DNA from: Octopus bimaculoides
Taxonomy: Eukaryota
NCBI RefSeq assembly: GCF_001194135.2
Contig: NC_068982.1
Span: 164,010,100-164,074,099, forward strand
Length of the DNA stretch: 64,000 bases
Direction of reading: 5' to 3'
A program made the translations under genes and the position numbers. The notes beneath the pieces were generated by a model. That model was not told the DNA's origin. It did not search any database and saw nothing but the letters and a program-made list of their open reading frames with translations. This document shows, in pieces, positions 26,741 through 38,058 of this stretch (positions are counted from its first letter, which is position 1; every line of letters starts with the position of its first letter).

Positions 26741-27479
26741 TACTAATAATATATGTTCGTGGTGGCGGTGGTAATTATATTTTCGTTGTTTGTAGTCATG
26801 GTAATGATAGAAGAGTGCCGGTAGTCCCCCCTCTCTCTCACTCACTCATTCTCTCTCTCTCACATATTGCAGGCGAATTGACAGTCACCCTTTCTCACTC
26901 TTTTCTGCTTATCTCTCCCTCATTCTCTCTTTTTCTCCCATAACATTCCTTTTTACCCTATTTGACTTACTTCCGTTAGTGCGATACAAAAGGTAAGTAG
27001 GAAGGTCCTATTGTCTTTACAGGTTTATTTATTCAACGACCTGAGAACTCAGGAGAGTTATTTCTAGTGTAAGGTTTAACAATTTTCACCAAATAATAAC
27101 AATTTTCATGATTATCCATCGCAAATAACGTAATTTTATTTATTTATACATTCAAAATTATAAACTTCCTGATTTAATGATTTAAATGTTTATATGTTTA
27201 TTAAACGATGATAATTAAGCCGGATTTATTTGGAAAAGAATAATTTATCTGTTGACTTTTCTTAAAGTCTAAAAGGCTTCTTCTTGATTTAATGGTTCAA
27301 TATTAATTATTCAATGGATAAACATTTTTACCTTACATTTAAGTACTTACATTTAGACTTTTAAATTGCTATCTACTTGTAATTATTTATTTATTGATTT
27401 TAGCACAAACTTTAACAATTATTGTTCGAAGACTATATTCTTCCACTATCCTTCATTTTTATCAACTGTCATCCATTGT

Positions 27480-27700
27480 CTTGCTAAATCCGTATGTCAG
27501 CTCCATCCCATACCAACACCTATAAAAACTACATCAAGACGTCGCTACCTACGTAAGATTGCGAAATAAAAACAAATCCATACCATACAACGTCAGATGG
27601 AAGTTCCGTAAAATACTCTGAGAACAAACAAGAAACTACAGACTACGCATCATCTGTACCACATAGACAGTGCCGTTCTTTTCTCCTCACACAGACACCA
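27480..27700 (+). mobile_element. Possible decayed Penelope GIY-YIG C-terminal fragment
   Basis: LRNKNKSIPYNVRWKFRKI resembles the W.LK.KNI.Y.IKW motif; there is little other support. Confidence 0.3.
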
Positions 27701-28574
27701 GTAGCCATTCAACCAATGTTAACACCAGTGTACAATTCTCACTCTGCTTCTACGACTGACCACTCGCCTTCTTTATCCACCCCTTAGTATAGAAACACTG
27801 AACACCTCTCAAAACCGTGATACTTTGATGAAACAATTTAGTAAAAAAAAAAAGGAAATTAGTTGTGTCGGCCACATGTTGGCAGAGAACTTAGGACATC
27901 GAATAGAACGCTACACAGTGTTTGTTCCGACACCCGGCACTCTGAGTTCAAATCATGCCGAGGCCAATTTTACCTTTCATCCATTCGGACTCGATAACTA
28001 TTTCGTTTCCTCCCTCCTGTCTGTCTCGGGTGTCCTTCAGGAGAAAAGGGTAGAAACAAACTTATATACGTAGAAATTACTTTTGTTGTTGCTAAGAAAC
28101 ACGCAATTTATCACTAAACGAACTTTTGAGATGTGAGAGAAGAATCCCGATGTTCGATGTTGCAACAGCGTATAGCACTGCTCTATGACTTACAGAAGAT
28201 GGGTTCGAATCCTACAGGCAATATTAAAAGCATTTTCGTCTTATATCTATATAAATACACACACGCGCACCTACTCACACATACACACACACACATATGA
28301 TATAGATATATGTATGCACCTTTGTTTATATGTAAATGTAGATATATGTAAATATGTGTGTGTGTGTGTATATATATATATATACATGTATATATATATA
28401 TATATATACATGTACTTACACACACGAGCGCACACATATACACATATATATATATATACTCATATACATATATTTAAATCTATATATATAGATATATTTG
28501 CATATATATATATATGTGTGTAACACAGACATAGACATACGTATATATACACTCACGCACATTCGCACATATTG

Positions 28575-28606
<32 letters not shown>

Positions 28607-29562
28607 TGTGATATAATGTTATTCTTAAAAATAACTATTGGTATAAAAGACAAATCTTATATGATCTATTCTTACTTCTTCATACATTGCTAAAATTGCA
28701 TAAAAATGACAGGAAGAAAATATTGCAAAGATTTCTTATACCTTCCTTCATGACACGTTGGTGTATTCATTTATTTAGCAGACCGGGAATACTGCCAACA
28801 ACGACCAGAATATCTGCTGTTAATTTGGAAGAAGTGCCAGAGTTGATGCAAAAATACTACATAGCCTTTCCTCTTTTTTTTTCTTTTTTTTTTCGACTTC
28901 TGGAGAATAAAACCTAAAATCAAATTGAATCTGCATGCAGGCTTGAGTAGATATACGCGTGTCTATGTATGTGTCTGTATGCATGTACGTGTGTGTGTGT
29001 GTGTGTGTGTGTGTATGCGTTTGTATGACTACACGAACGAGTATGCATTTCTCATACACGCGTACATATCACAGTATTGATATTTTTAACCTCCTCTTAC
29101 TGAACGTGGTGGAAGCTATATTGGGATGTCTCATTATAAGAACGTTACTGCAGCAAATCTGAACAAGGAAATATGGGAAGACAACAACTCTTTAGTTTTT
29201 TTTTTCTTTATTACTTTTCTTTCTCTGCCTTGCATCAAATTTTTAAGCGCATCAGAGTGTTCCAGAATTGCACTGCACCAATATTGCTATTTTATATTTT
29301 CGGACTTTTTCTACTTTCTTTACTTTATCTCATTTTTCAACACCCATAAGAAGTTGATTCCTAATTTGTTACGTCTTCATCAAGAGATAAGTATAGACTG
29401 GTTCCTAGTTGCTTTCTATTTCCGGGTCTGACATTGAGCATATTTCACAGTAACATGTCATATATGTGTAGAAAAAAAAAATATGAAGTATACTGGAAAA
29501 ATTAAAACATTCGGAATACTGTAGTTTTTGTGTTTATGAAATATATGTATAGTTAGTTAGTT

Positions 29563-30787
29563 TTTGTTTGTGGCAGATGTTCAGGTGCAATAAAGACTGC
29601 AAACAAACAGGAAACAACTTCTATCTCATTCCAGGGTGAAAAACTAGAGGTAGTCGATAGCTTCCGCTATCTGGGCGACCAAGTTAGTAGTGGGGGTGGG
29701 TGCGCTGAAAGTGTAGCTGCTAGAATAAGAATAGCCTGGGCAAAGTTTAGAGAGCTCTTACCCCTGCTGGCGACAAAGGGACTCTCACTCAGAGTAAANN
29801 NNNNNNNNNNNNNNNNNNNNNNNNNNNNNNNNNNNNNNNNNNNNNNNNNNNNNNNNNNNNNNNNNNNNNNNNNNNNNNNNNNNNNNNNNNNNNNNNNNNN
29901 NNNNNNNNNNNNNNNNNNNNNNNNNNNNNNNNNNNNNNNNNNNNNNNNNNNNNNNNNNNNNNNNNNNNNNNNNNNNNNNNNNNNNNNNNNNNNNNNNNNN
30001 NNNNNNNNNNNNNNNNNNNNNNNNNNNNNNNNNNNNNNNNNNNNNNNNNNNNNNNNNNNNNNNNNNNNNNNNNNNNNNNNNNNNNNNNNNNNNNNNNNNN
30101 NNNNNNNNNNNNNNNNNNNNNNNNNNNNNNNNNNNNNNNNNNNNNNNNNNNNNNNNNNNNNNNNNNNNNNNNNNNNNNNNNNNNNNNNNNNNNNNNNNNN
30201 NNNNNNNNNNNNNNNNNNNNNNNNNNNNNNNNNNNNNNNNNNNNNNNNNNNNNNNNNNNNNNNNNNNNNNNNNNNNNNNNNNNNNNNNNNNNNNNNNNNN
30301 NNNNNNNNNNNNNNNNNNNNNNNNNNNNNNNNNNNNNNNNNNNNNNNNNNNNNNNNNNNNNNNNNNNNNNNNNNNNNNNNNNNNNNNNNNNNNNNNNNNN
30401 NNNNNNNNNNNNNNNNNNNNNNNNNNNNNNNNNNNNNNNNNNNNNNNNNNNNNNNNNNNNNNNNNNNNNNNNNNNNNNNNNNNNNNNNNNNNNNNNNNNN
30501 NNNNNNNNNNNNNNNNNNNNNNNNNNNNNNNNNNNNNNNNNNNGTGCGGGTGGCACATAAAAGACACCATTTCGAGCGTGGCCGTTTTCGTGCGGGTGAC
30601 ACGTAAAAGCACCCACTACACTCCCTGAGTGGTTGGCGTTAGGAAGGGCATCCAGCTGTAGAAACTCTGCCAAATCAGACTGGAGCCTGGTGATGCCACC
30701 CGGTTTCACCAGTCCTCAGTCAAATCGTCCAACCCATGCTAGCATGGAAAGCGGACGTTAAACGATGATGATGATGATGATGATGAT
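29563..30787 (+). mobile_element. 5'-truncated RTE-clade LINE (RT C-terminus, gap, 3' UTR, (GAT)n tail)
   Basis: 29563-29798 reads FVCGRCSGAIKTANKQETTSISFQGEKLEVVDSFRYLGDQVSSGGGCAESVAARIRIAWAKFRELLPLLATKGLSLRVK. After the gap, the 3' end ggcgttaggaagggcatccagctgtagaaac...ccaacccatgctagcatggaaagcggacgttaaacgatgatgat follows. Continuity across the gap is inferred. Confidence 0.8.
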
Positions 30788-31222
30788 ATATATATATTGT
30801 TTTGTAGCAAGCTAGAGCATTTTCTTTAATTTGAAACCTCTGAATATGAAGATTGGAGTTCAGAATCAGATTAGGAAATAAAATATTACAGTATAATACT
30901 TTTATTTGCTTGAATATGTGATGGCTGCAGATGTATATCTAAGCTATAGTAGTAATTGAAACCACAACAGAAATAATTCCCGGTCATAATTCGTGCAGTT
31001 ACAAGAAATGAATCGTAATGATCAGGTTAACATGTTTACTTGAAGATGGGAATTTTCAACCTGGCGATGAAATTTTGCTTTGTTACCATCTATTTAGTGC
31101 TGTCAAGTCAATACAACATAAAATCTCTCCGCATTTTAGGTAGTAAATATATCCCATTATCACATGATCCATAGAGGATTACAGCAGATTTTGTTCTATT
31201 GCAATATTCAAATCACGACAAG

Positions 31223-31590
31223 AAGGGAGCGAGCTGGCAGAAACGTTAGTACGCCGGGCAAAATGCTTAGCGGTATTTCGTCTGCCGTTACGTTCTGAGT
31301 TAAAATTCCGCCGAGGTCGCCTTTGCCATTCATCCTTTCGGGGTCGATAAATTAAGCACCAGTTACGCACCGGGGTTGATGTAATCGACTTAATCCCTTT
31401 GTCTGTCCTTGTTTGTCTCCTCTGTGTTTAGCCCCTTGTGGGCATAAAGAAATAAGAAACGTTAGCACGCCGGGCGAAATGCTTAGCGGTATTTAATCTG
31501 TCTTTATGTTCTAAGTTCAGATTCCACAGAGGTCGTCTTTACCTTTCATCCCAAAAAATTCGGGCCTTGTACATAGAGTAGAAAAGAATA
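31223..31590 (+). mobile_element. SINE family A, full copy (31223-31456) plus a tandem partial copy
   Basis: A-box-like gagctggcagaaacgttag, B-box-like gagttaaaattcc, body gtcgataaattaagcaccagttacgcaccgggg, 3' end tagccccttgtgggcataaagaaataag. The sequence restarts at aaacgttagcacgccgggcgaaatgc. Confidence 0.88.
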
Positions 31591-32336
31591 TTCAAACCAC
31601 AGCAGGAAACTACCTCATGTCGCACCGTGATGCTTCCTAATGTGCTAAAATTTTAAAAGTCGCTGAATTAATAAATGTCAGCAATCTAGTAAATATATGT
31701 AACTTTAACTTCTTCACCAAACTTCGTGAAATTGAACCCCAACTAGACTTCACTCCCCATCTTTTACTCGTAATCCCTACATCACGTTCCCGTCGAAGAC
31801 ACAATTATACAAATAATCCAGTCCTTACCATAGTCTGTCTCATGTGCCCAACTGAAAACGTAGATTCCACTGTCCCGATCACTCATCATTCTCACTGGGG
31901 CATCAATAATAAACTTCTAGTTACTCTGGTTCAAATTTTTCTCTCTCATTCCTTCAAATACATCTACAATACATCTACGAGCTCACAACTAACCGCATAC
32001 TGCTATTGCCGGTAGAGAGCGAATATTTGACAAGATTTAAATATTTGAATAATTTAGTTTTAGACTATACACTCACCCTTGACCACTTCCCACCCCCAAC
32101 ACACTTCAAATAAACTAAACCTCTTTTTCACTTCTATTGCTATCATCTTTCGCCACCTGCGAAAATGTCTCCGATTACTTCAAGCGAAGATGATAAGATG
32201 CCCTTGGTGAGATTTATCTTGAGCATGTAAAGAGTCGGAACAAATATTATAAAGTATTATTTCTTACGCTTTAATTGTTCTACCAGTACAGCATCATTCT
32301 CACACAAACACAAATGCACACACGCAGCACACACTG

Positions 32337-32376
<40 letters not shown>

Positions 32377-33167
32377 ACACATGATGGATATTTGTGTGTG
32401 AGAGTGTGTGTGTGTGTGTAGTTAGGTAGAGAGGTAGGTATATCTTTCGTAGATGTGTGTCAAAGGAGGATGCATATACGACGGAGAAAGCAGAAAACCA
32501 TGGAACTTATCAAACACGGTCTCGTGTGATCTTTGTTCTACATTGACATACAGACATCGTCATGTCATTCTTGCTGTCATAAATGCAGTGAACCAAGGAT
32601 TGATCTGTTGGTTACTCGCAATCAAAGAGTCTATTGTTCAAGAATTGCGATATAAAATAAGTGTAATTAAACAACAATTCAGCGAGATCAGTCGGATGAG
32701 AATCAACTCCATGGTACACTTCAGAGTTTTCCGTAAGGCAAACGGTAAATGGCAACAGAAAAACATTAACGAAGAAAACACATTCCAAATGATGTTAATG
32801 AATATGTGGTGCTGATGCATTTAGAGAAAATGCTCACGAACTCATTTTTTGTTGCTATAACTAAGCAATACCCGCGTAGCCTGATTTTATAAAACAGAAA
32901 AAAAGAAGAAAAAGAAAGTGTTTCTGGGAAACTTTACGAAGTGGAATCATTAAAGTGTCTAAAGTATGAGGTAGTATAATTGTAATTCCAAAATATTAAT
33001 ATCTACGAAAATTTTTTACATATATCAAAAGCGAATTGCGAATAGCTAGCTAATATATTGGTTTCAAATTTTGGTATCCGGCCAGCGATTTTGGGAAGGG
33101 TTTAAGTCGATTTACATATTATCACAATGAGAAAAATCATTAATAAAGTCAGCAATCTAGTAAATAT

Positions 33168-33950
33168 ATATAACTTTAACTTTGATATGTTTCGGCCAGT
33201 ATAGACCCAGGCCATGTCTAACTTAATAATACCACCTGGTGAAGTCTTTTAGTCATATATAGGGCACCATATCTCACTCTAGCAAAGAGTTATTATTGTT
33301 GGAGGCATATCCGGGTAGTGGAAGTTGGTCCGGGATGTTTTGAAGAAATTTGTCCAGTGAACATTTGAATTTTATGGGATCCGTTTCTGTTTTGACGTAT
33401 TTTGGTATGGAATTAAAGAGAGCTGGATCGGTTGAGGTAAAGTAATCGAGACGTAATGTTGCAATGTGTACTGAGTTCGATTTTTGTAGTGGCCAGATAG
33501 CACGGGCGCCAGATCTTGGATGAATTTAAAAATTGATGCCAACATCATTTTTGCAACTTTGATTTTCCACATAACACAAATAATGTAGCGCTCCCGGCGG
33601 CGTTAGAGAGAGTAGAGATTAAGTTTTTTTAGTCGACCCCAATAATCAATGCCTCTCATGCCGTCTGTCTTTCTTATTATTGACCTCTGGAGTGCTTCTA
33701 CTTTCATAATGAGTTGCTTCGTATGGGGGTCCACAGTGGGCAACAGTATTCAAGGTGAGGTCGGGCAAAAGTAGAGAAGGATGATGGTGTAGGTATCTCT
33801 AGACCGGAAAGTTCTCAGAAAGCAGGAGCACATTTTGCGGGTCAAGTCAACCTTGCTGTTTACGTGGGAACTCCAGCTTAGATTGTTATCAACAATTACT
33901 CCAAGATCTCTGGTGTTGTTGGATGACACTAGGGAGAAGCACTAGAAGGA
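33168..33950 (-). mobile_element. CR1/L2-superfamily LINE 3' portion (RT C-terminus and 3' UTR)
   Basis: Minus frames read NNTRDLGVIVDNNLSWSSHVNSKV...LRTFRSRD...RPHLEYCCPLWTPH...KVEALQR...YWGRLKKLNLYSL*RRRERYII...WKI...GPALFNSIPKYVK...FKCSLDKFLQNIPDQLPLPGY...NSLLE*. A 3' stem ggcc..ggccgaaacatatc and an aaagttaaagtt tail follow. Confidence 0.88.
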
Positions 33951-34039
33951 TTAGATACAATTGGAACGTCTCGGTTGAAAATATCGGCCACATACTGTGT
34001 GTATGTACACACACAGAGACACACGTACACACACGCACA

Positions 34040-34081
<42 letters not shown>

Positions 34082-34086
<5 letters not shown>

Positions 34087-34196
34087 TATTTACATTATTT
34101 ACAATTGACGGATATTTGTCCTCATCTTGTTTGTTGTTAACACAACGTTTCGGCTGATATACCTTCCAGCCTTCATCAGGTATCTTGGGGAAATTT
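34082..34196 (-). mobile_element. Penelope-like terminal repeat fragment inside (TA)n
   Basis: Its reverse complement matches 12757-12858 almost base for base. Confidence 0.75.
34139..34184 (-). ncRNA. Minimal type I hammerhead ribozyme motif with intact core
   Basis: GATAC CTGATGA A GGCTG-gaaggtatat-CAGCC GAAA C GTT GTGTT: perfect 5-bp stem II, 5-bp stem I including G.U pairs, palindromic AACGTT stem III, GUU cleavage triplet. Confidence 0.72.
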
Positions 34197-36949
34197 ATAT
34201 GTATATATATATATATATATATACACATACACAAAATATGGGGGTTTAGTTCACAGGTGATCTAAACGACTAGGTACGCTGGTTAAGTGCTGTAACGGAT
34301 TACTAGGGCTCCGAGGTTGTAGCCGAGACGGGAGTTATGGAACCATTGTAGACTTTCGATATACCGGATATATAATTGTAGGGCCTTTCTAAAGCATTCT
34401 GTAAAATAGTAGACTCTAATTTCCCACATAACCAGAAATATCATTCAATCATTACAGATCTATTTTAAAATTATCCTACTCCTCTACACCAAATATAGAA
34501 TCTATTATCACCTCACGTAACAAACGTAAACCTAGCTCTATCTAAATACATACAACCCTACCATAGACCTACGCAACGAAAAGACTAATACCGCTCGCAA
34601 TAACATATCCAACACCCCAGGCCCTAACACTTTAAATAACTTAAAATATACATAATATAATCCTCGCCTCGGAGGAAAATGGCCGCACAGTCGAAACTAA
34701 CGCTATTACTAGTAGGAATACTAATACTAACAATGCTAACTATACTATATCCACTATCACAACCAATACCTCTTCTGCAACTGCTAATAATACTAGCAAT
34801 AATACTAATACTATCACCAATGTGTGTGTGCGCGTGAGTGCATTGCGGGTGTGTGTGTGAAACTGATAAAGTAAACACAATTTACGATAAAAATTTGCAG
34901 TTTTATTTTGATTAAAATATCAGTGTCTTCAAAGCAAAACCTTTGAATTCTGTTCATCTGCCGTTCAACGTCTCACCGACTCCTACTCCGTTTGTTGTTT
35001 TATTCCTCAATCCCTACCATGACCGACAAGTTCCACACATTGTGTTTTATTATATGTAAGATTATGTCTGTATGTGTGTGTGTGTGTGTGTGTGTAAATT
35101 TATTCAAGTGGGTACCTGTGCAAGAAAGATAGTGGGTGAATGTATTATTGTGAGTGTGTGTATGTGTGTGTGTGTGTGTGTGTGTGTATGTGGCTCGCAC
35201 ATGTAGTGAGTATGCCTGACGTGCTGCTCCTCCCTACTGGTCGATAAAATAAGAACCTGTTAAGTAGTGGTGTATGTATAATAGTTCAGCTTTTCTCCTC
35301 AAGCTTTCAGGTCTTATGCTTTAAGTAGAAAGGATTTTATCTATAATCCTCCATTTCATAGAATATATCAACATTATCAAACACCTCAAATAACAAGAAC
35401 TACAACCTCTAAATATCCAACGACTGTAGTACCGAGGATTTCAATACTCAACTGAATTACTAACAGCCTCAACAACAAGAAGAGTACCTAGCACCTTAAC
35501 AAGAACACCGACGACATTTGATAGTCTGCCAAGTGCCATAAAAAACAGCAAAATTCCACAACCATCATTACGACAACAGCTTTAATATCGGAATAAGAAT
35601 TTACGTCCAGATTTTCAGAAATACAGTCTTTCTATTTCTGAGTCAGTTATCAACGTATTCATACTCTTAGTCACCAACTTATAGATCTCTGTTATAGATC
35701 TATTAATAAAAAGAGTGTTTAACGGCGCAATATTGATTTCTGATTTTGTCAAAGTAATGAGACAGTTTATATGTTATCCTCACCTGATTGGTGAAAAGCA
35801 AATTTTGGCACTTTGGGATTTGAACTCATAATGTATAGCGGTGTAACTGGTAACTCAGTTTGCCCGTCTCTCTACTAATTCTGCCACCCACCGCATTTTA
35901 ATTAAAATCTCTTCCATTGATACAAGGTCACATATATTTAAGGGAGCGGTATAGCTGATTAGTACTTAATTTATCGTCGTTAGAAGGATTTTGATCGCCA
36001 AACGAAACGACGGAACCTAAACTAAATACTGACATGCTGTGTTTTGCCGATTATGCTAACCACTACATTTTATTAAGGTAAATAACCATAAGGATGTTAT
36101 TTTAATGTTTGTCATATTGAGTAATAAGATGCATTGAGCTTAGAATCGCGTGGCTTACGTTACTATATATTATCTTTTGCAATATTTCAGTTTTTAGTTA
36201 TAATATGTAACATTTATTATTCATTTGAATTTGACTACTATTATTCTGAGATCAAATCTCGTCAGGATTAGTTTTATCTTTCATTTCACTGGGAATAGTT
36301 AGAGTAAATACCAGATTTAAACTGCAATCTAGTGAGCCGGCGACACCCATTCATTTCATTACAAATGCATATTATTTTCCTTATGTATGAAATACTATAA
36401 AGCCAATCTGTTATAGATTCATTGGTTACAATTGCCGTTTTATTGAATCTCTAACTATGGCTTTTAAATCTATATGCTGCTACTTTCTAGTTCCGATCCA
36501 TTATATTTTATTTACTATTTAGTGAACAACTTGTCAGTAGTTATTAGATTTTTTCATGACTCAGAGGATGAAGTGCATTACCAATGGCAATCTCATACTT
36601 CTGGGATTGGTTGACGAAGGGAGAGTTATCTTCAAACCAGGAACTCCGCTTAAAAGCGCAAAAGAGTGAAGTTAACACGTGGTATAATGGTATAACTTAC
36701 CGGCATTCATGTTAAGCCGACGTCTCAGTTCAGGTGTCTTTTTCTTTGCTGCTTATAACCGAGATAAATTCATGAATCAGCTCAAAATATGTTTACTGTT
36801 CTACGACCTTGAGTTCAGATTTATCGAGAATCCTTCAACTTTTTTAATGAATGCTGGATTACTGATAGTACTGTTTTGATCAGGCAAAGAAAGCCCTTAC
36901 TGTTTTTTAGAAATATATTGTAAGCGTTAATTGAAATAATTGAAATTGC

Positions 36950-37060
36950 ATCAACCCCAGTGTTAAACTGGTACTTATTTGATCGACCTCGAAAGGATGA
37001 AAAGCAAAGTCAACATCCTCGGAAATTCAACTCAGAACGTAAAGACGGACGATATACCGC
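36950..37060 (-). mobile_element. Partial SINE family A copy
   Basis: atcaaccccagtgttaaactggtacttatttgatcgacctcgaaaggatgaaaagcaaagtcaac...aactcagaacgtaaagacggacga. Confidence 0.75.
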
Positions 37061-37674
37061 TAAGCATTTTTTCCTGTTGTGCTAAGAATATATTGAGAAT
37101 AATTCGATGGAAAATATCTCCAATAACTATGTATTGGCATAAATATTTTAAGCAAGTACAAAACAATAATAATAATAAAAGAACACGTGTGTTAGAATGT
37201 TAACAAGCATATATGGCAAAATGCATCATATTTCCTGATCACTGATATTTACCGATTTCGAAGGAATGAAAACAGAATGAACGGTAAAACAACAAAATAT
37301 TTTCGTACTGAAAATACATGCAGTTACACTTTCTCCTGCCTCAGTCATCTCAACATAACTTTACCGAAATATAGTAAAAATTGAGAAGAAAGAAAACTTC
37401 TTTAATCACTTTTCAAAATTTCCACCGAGTTTAATTAACTGTACAAGGCAATGGGATATATTTTGATATTCTAGAGATATATCGCAGAATAGACTGTAAC
37501 GTACACTCAGAATTGCATTCAAGGATGGCTGCTGTGCTTCAAAAGGGAAAATCCAATTATTCACTTGATATTTCTATGGAGTTAAAAATATTGTTGTACT
37601 GGTTAACCAGCTTTGTACTTTGGAGGAATATTCAGTCTAACTAAAATACGAATCAATATCATATCTATATTCTC

Positions 37675-37679
<5 letters not shown>

Positions 37680-37748
<69 letters not shown>

Positions 37749-38013
37749 NNNNNNNNNNNNNNNNNNNNNNNNNNNNNNNNNNNNNNNNNNNNNNNNNNNN
37801 NNNNNNNNNNNNNNNNNNNNNNNNNNNNNNNNNNNNNNNNNNNNNNNNNNNNNNNNNNNNNNNNNNNNNNNNNNNNNNNNNNNNNNNNNNNNNNNNNNNN
37901 NNNNNNNNNNNNNNNNNNNNNNNNNNNNNNNNNNNNNNNNNNNNNNNNNNNNNNNNNNNNNNNNNNNNNNNNNNNNNNNNNNNNNNNNNNNNNNNNNNNN
38001 NNNNNNNNNNNNN

Positions 38014-38055
<42 letters not shown>
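37680..38055. repeat. (CA)n - gap - (TA)n microsatellite
   Basis: Directly visible. Confidence 0.95.

Positions 38056-38058
<3 letters not shown>

Noticed and set aside
28165-28225. B box ggttcgaatcc suggesting a tRNA gene
   Set aside because: No A box and no cloverleaf; probably a SINE-head relic. The other tRNA-like heads (6821, 12486, 17651) also lack acceptor stems and are not called tRNA genes.
31780-32190. Possible decayed LINE RT (GINNKLL..FLS)
   Set aside because: One weak motif only; not supportable.
32865-33055. Possible second Helitron-like element (actaagcaatacccgcg...gctag)
   Set aside because: No convincing hairpin next to the CTAG.
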